A stretch of 51,957 nucleotides of DNA, from positions 1 through 51,957 of the forward strand of contig CAZBZK010000005.1 of the NCBI GenBank assembly GCA_964496365.1, given 5' to 3'. Shown piece after piece: positions 50,871 to 51,957 of this stretch. The first letter of the stretch is position 1, and each line of letters starts with the position of its first letter. The notes beneath the pieces are model-generated. The model was given only the letters and a program-made list of their open reading frames with translations. It did no database searches and was not told the origin of the DNA. Source of the stretch: an uncultured bacterium (GTDB taxonomy: Bacteria > Fidelibacterota > Marinisomatia > Marinisomatales > AB-629-J13). The translations under genes and the position numbers were made by a program.

Positions 50871-51883
50871 ATCTTTTCATTTTTGTCAATTAACTCCTCA
50901 ACACCGGAGGTCATTATCTCCTTAAAAACATTACCTTTTCTTATAAAAATAAGGGCTTCATAATCTTCTATTTTTTCTAAGATATCTATTCCTTTCTTCC
51001 CTAAAACAAGCAAAGCGGTAGCCCAAGCATCCGCCTCTCCGCAAGTTGGAGCGATGACTGTTGCCGAAGCCACTCCGTTTTTTACTGGATATCCAGTCTT
51101 TGGGTTTATGACATGAGAATATTTGGTCTGATCTACGGTGAAAAAATTTCTATAATCTCCAGAAGTAGCCACTGATGTTTGTGTTACATTCAAAATAGAT
51201 TCAATGACTCTCTCATTCTGATTATCTTGAATTGGTTTATCAATTCCAATCTTCCAAAAATTCCTGTTTTTATTTCTTCCATTACAACGAATTTCTCCTC
51301 CCATCTCAACTAAATAATTATGAATACCTACAGATTCTAAAAAAATACAAATTTGGTCAACTGCAAATCCTTTTGCTATTGCATTTAAATCCAACTCAAT
51401 ATGTGGATGTTTTTTTTGGATGGAATTCTCATCTATGATCAATAATTCCATTCCAGTATTTCTAAGTGCTGTATTGATTTCATCTTCCGTTGGAATTTTA
51501 TGGAGCTCATTTTGGTTTGGGCCAAAACCCCAAAGCTTAGTTAATGGTAATGTGCTAATATCAAATGCACCATCTGATTGATAATATATGCTTTTTGCAC
51601 GGCGAATTACATCGGATAATTCTGTACTAATGGAAAATGGTTTTGTGGATTTCGATGAGTTGAAACGAGAAATTTCACTATCTTTAATGTAGGTTGACAT
51701 TTGTTGATTTAAATGCTTTAAAATGGAATCTACATTCTGAATTAAGAATTGATTTTCCAGACTTATCCCTTCTTCAACATAAACAATAGAGTAAGTGGTC
51801 CCCATGGAATACCCATTAATTTTGATTTCCTCGATCTTATTATGGCATCCAATACATCCAAGAATAATAAACCCAATCATCAT
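50867..51883 (-). CDS. apbE: FAD:protein FMN transferase ApbE (lipoprotein)
   Basis: SMGTTY, MSTY..DSEISRFN, DGAFD, LDLNAIAKGFAVD, EMGGE, ATSGDYR, SHVINPKTG, ADAWATA. Start placed at ATG 51883 (MMIGFIILGCIGC). Confidence 0.94.
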   Translation of the reverse strand: MMIGFIILGCIGCHNKIEEIKINGYSMGTTYSIVYVEEGISLENQFLIQNVDSILKHLNQQMSTYIKDSEISRFNSSKSTKPFSISTELSDVIRRAKSIYYQSDGAFDISTLPLTKLWGFGPNQNELHKIPTEDEINTALRNTGMELLIIDENSIQKKHPHIELDLNAIAKGFAVDQICIFLESVGIHNYLVEMGGEIRCNGRNKNRNFWKIGIDKPIQDNQNERVIESILNVTQTSVATSGDYRNFFTVDQTKYSHVINPKTGYPVKNGVASATVIAPTCGEADAWATALLVLGKKGIDILEKIEDYEALIFIRKGNVFKEIMTSGVEELIDKNEKI

Positions 51884-51902
51884 CCGGACTTTAAACTTAT
51901 AA

Positions 51903-51957
51903 TTACCCAAAGCTATCATAGGCAATCATTTCCGGTTCTACTCCAAGACCATCCAGC
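51903..51957 (-). CDS. nqrF: C-terminal fragment of a probable Na+-NQR subunit F (5' end outside the window)
   Basis: Reads LDGLGVEPEMIAYDSFG*, similar to the NqrF terminus (LxxLGVExExIxxDxFG); directly upstream of apbE. Confidence 0.7.
   Translation of the reverse strand, partial: LDGLGVEPEMIAYDSFG

Noticed and set aside
51884..51925. Longer apbE start given by the ORF track
   Set aside because: It overlaps the nqrF-like 3' end; ATG 51883 gives a short lipoprotein-like signal.

Overview
AT-rich bacterial chromosomal window, densely coding, with almost every gene on the minus strand. The gene content (C25/PorV-like pair with a FlgD-type C-terminal domain, TamB/Omp85, LolCDE, Na+-NQR remnants) suggests a diderm, probably marine, FCB-group organism such as Marinimicrobia; that taxonomy is inference only. 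In transcription order (right to left): 3' end of nqrF, apbE, a convergent plus-strand nqrM missed by the ORF track, Na+/H+ antiporter-like protein, PduO-type cobalamin adenosyltransferase, DHH phosphoesterase, ispH, pdxS, pdxT, dxs, a B12-dependent acyl-CoA mutase large subunit with isobutyryl-CoA-mutase specificity residues, a System I*-type cytochrome c maturation cluster (Cys-type ccmE, ccmF, ccmI-like, ccmABC and an unannotated ccmD candidate), a divergent archaeal-type GAPDH homologue, an MBL hydrolase, tilS-hpt-ftsH-folP-cdaA, a PorU-like C25 peptidase, a PorV-like barrel and a lipoprotein, a ZIP transporter, prfB with a programmed +1 frameshift, lysS, lolC/E-lolC/E-lolD, clpC, dnaK, tamB, Omp85, TPR lipoprotein, moxR, DUF58, a membrane protein, efp, accB and accC (partial). 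No tRNA, rRNA, CRISPR array or mobile element was seen. All calls come from motif recognition by eye; no searches were run.
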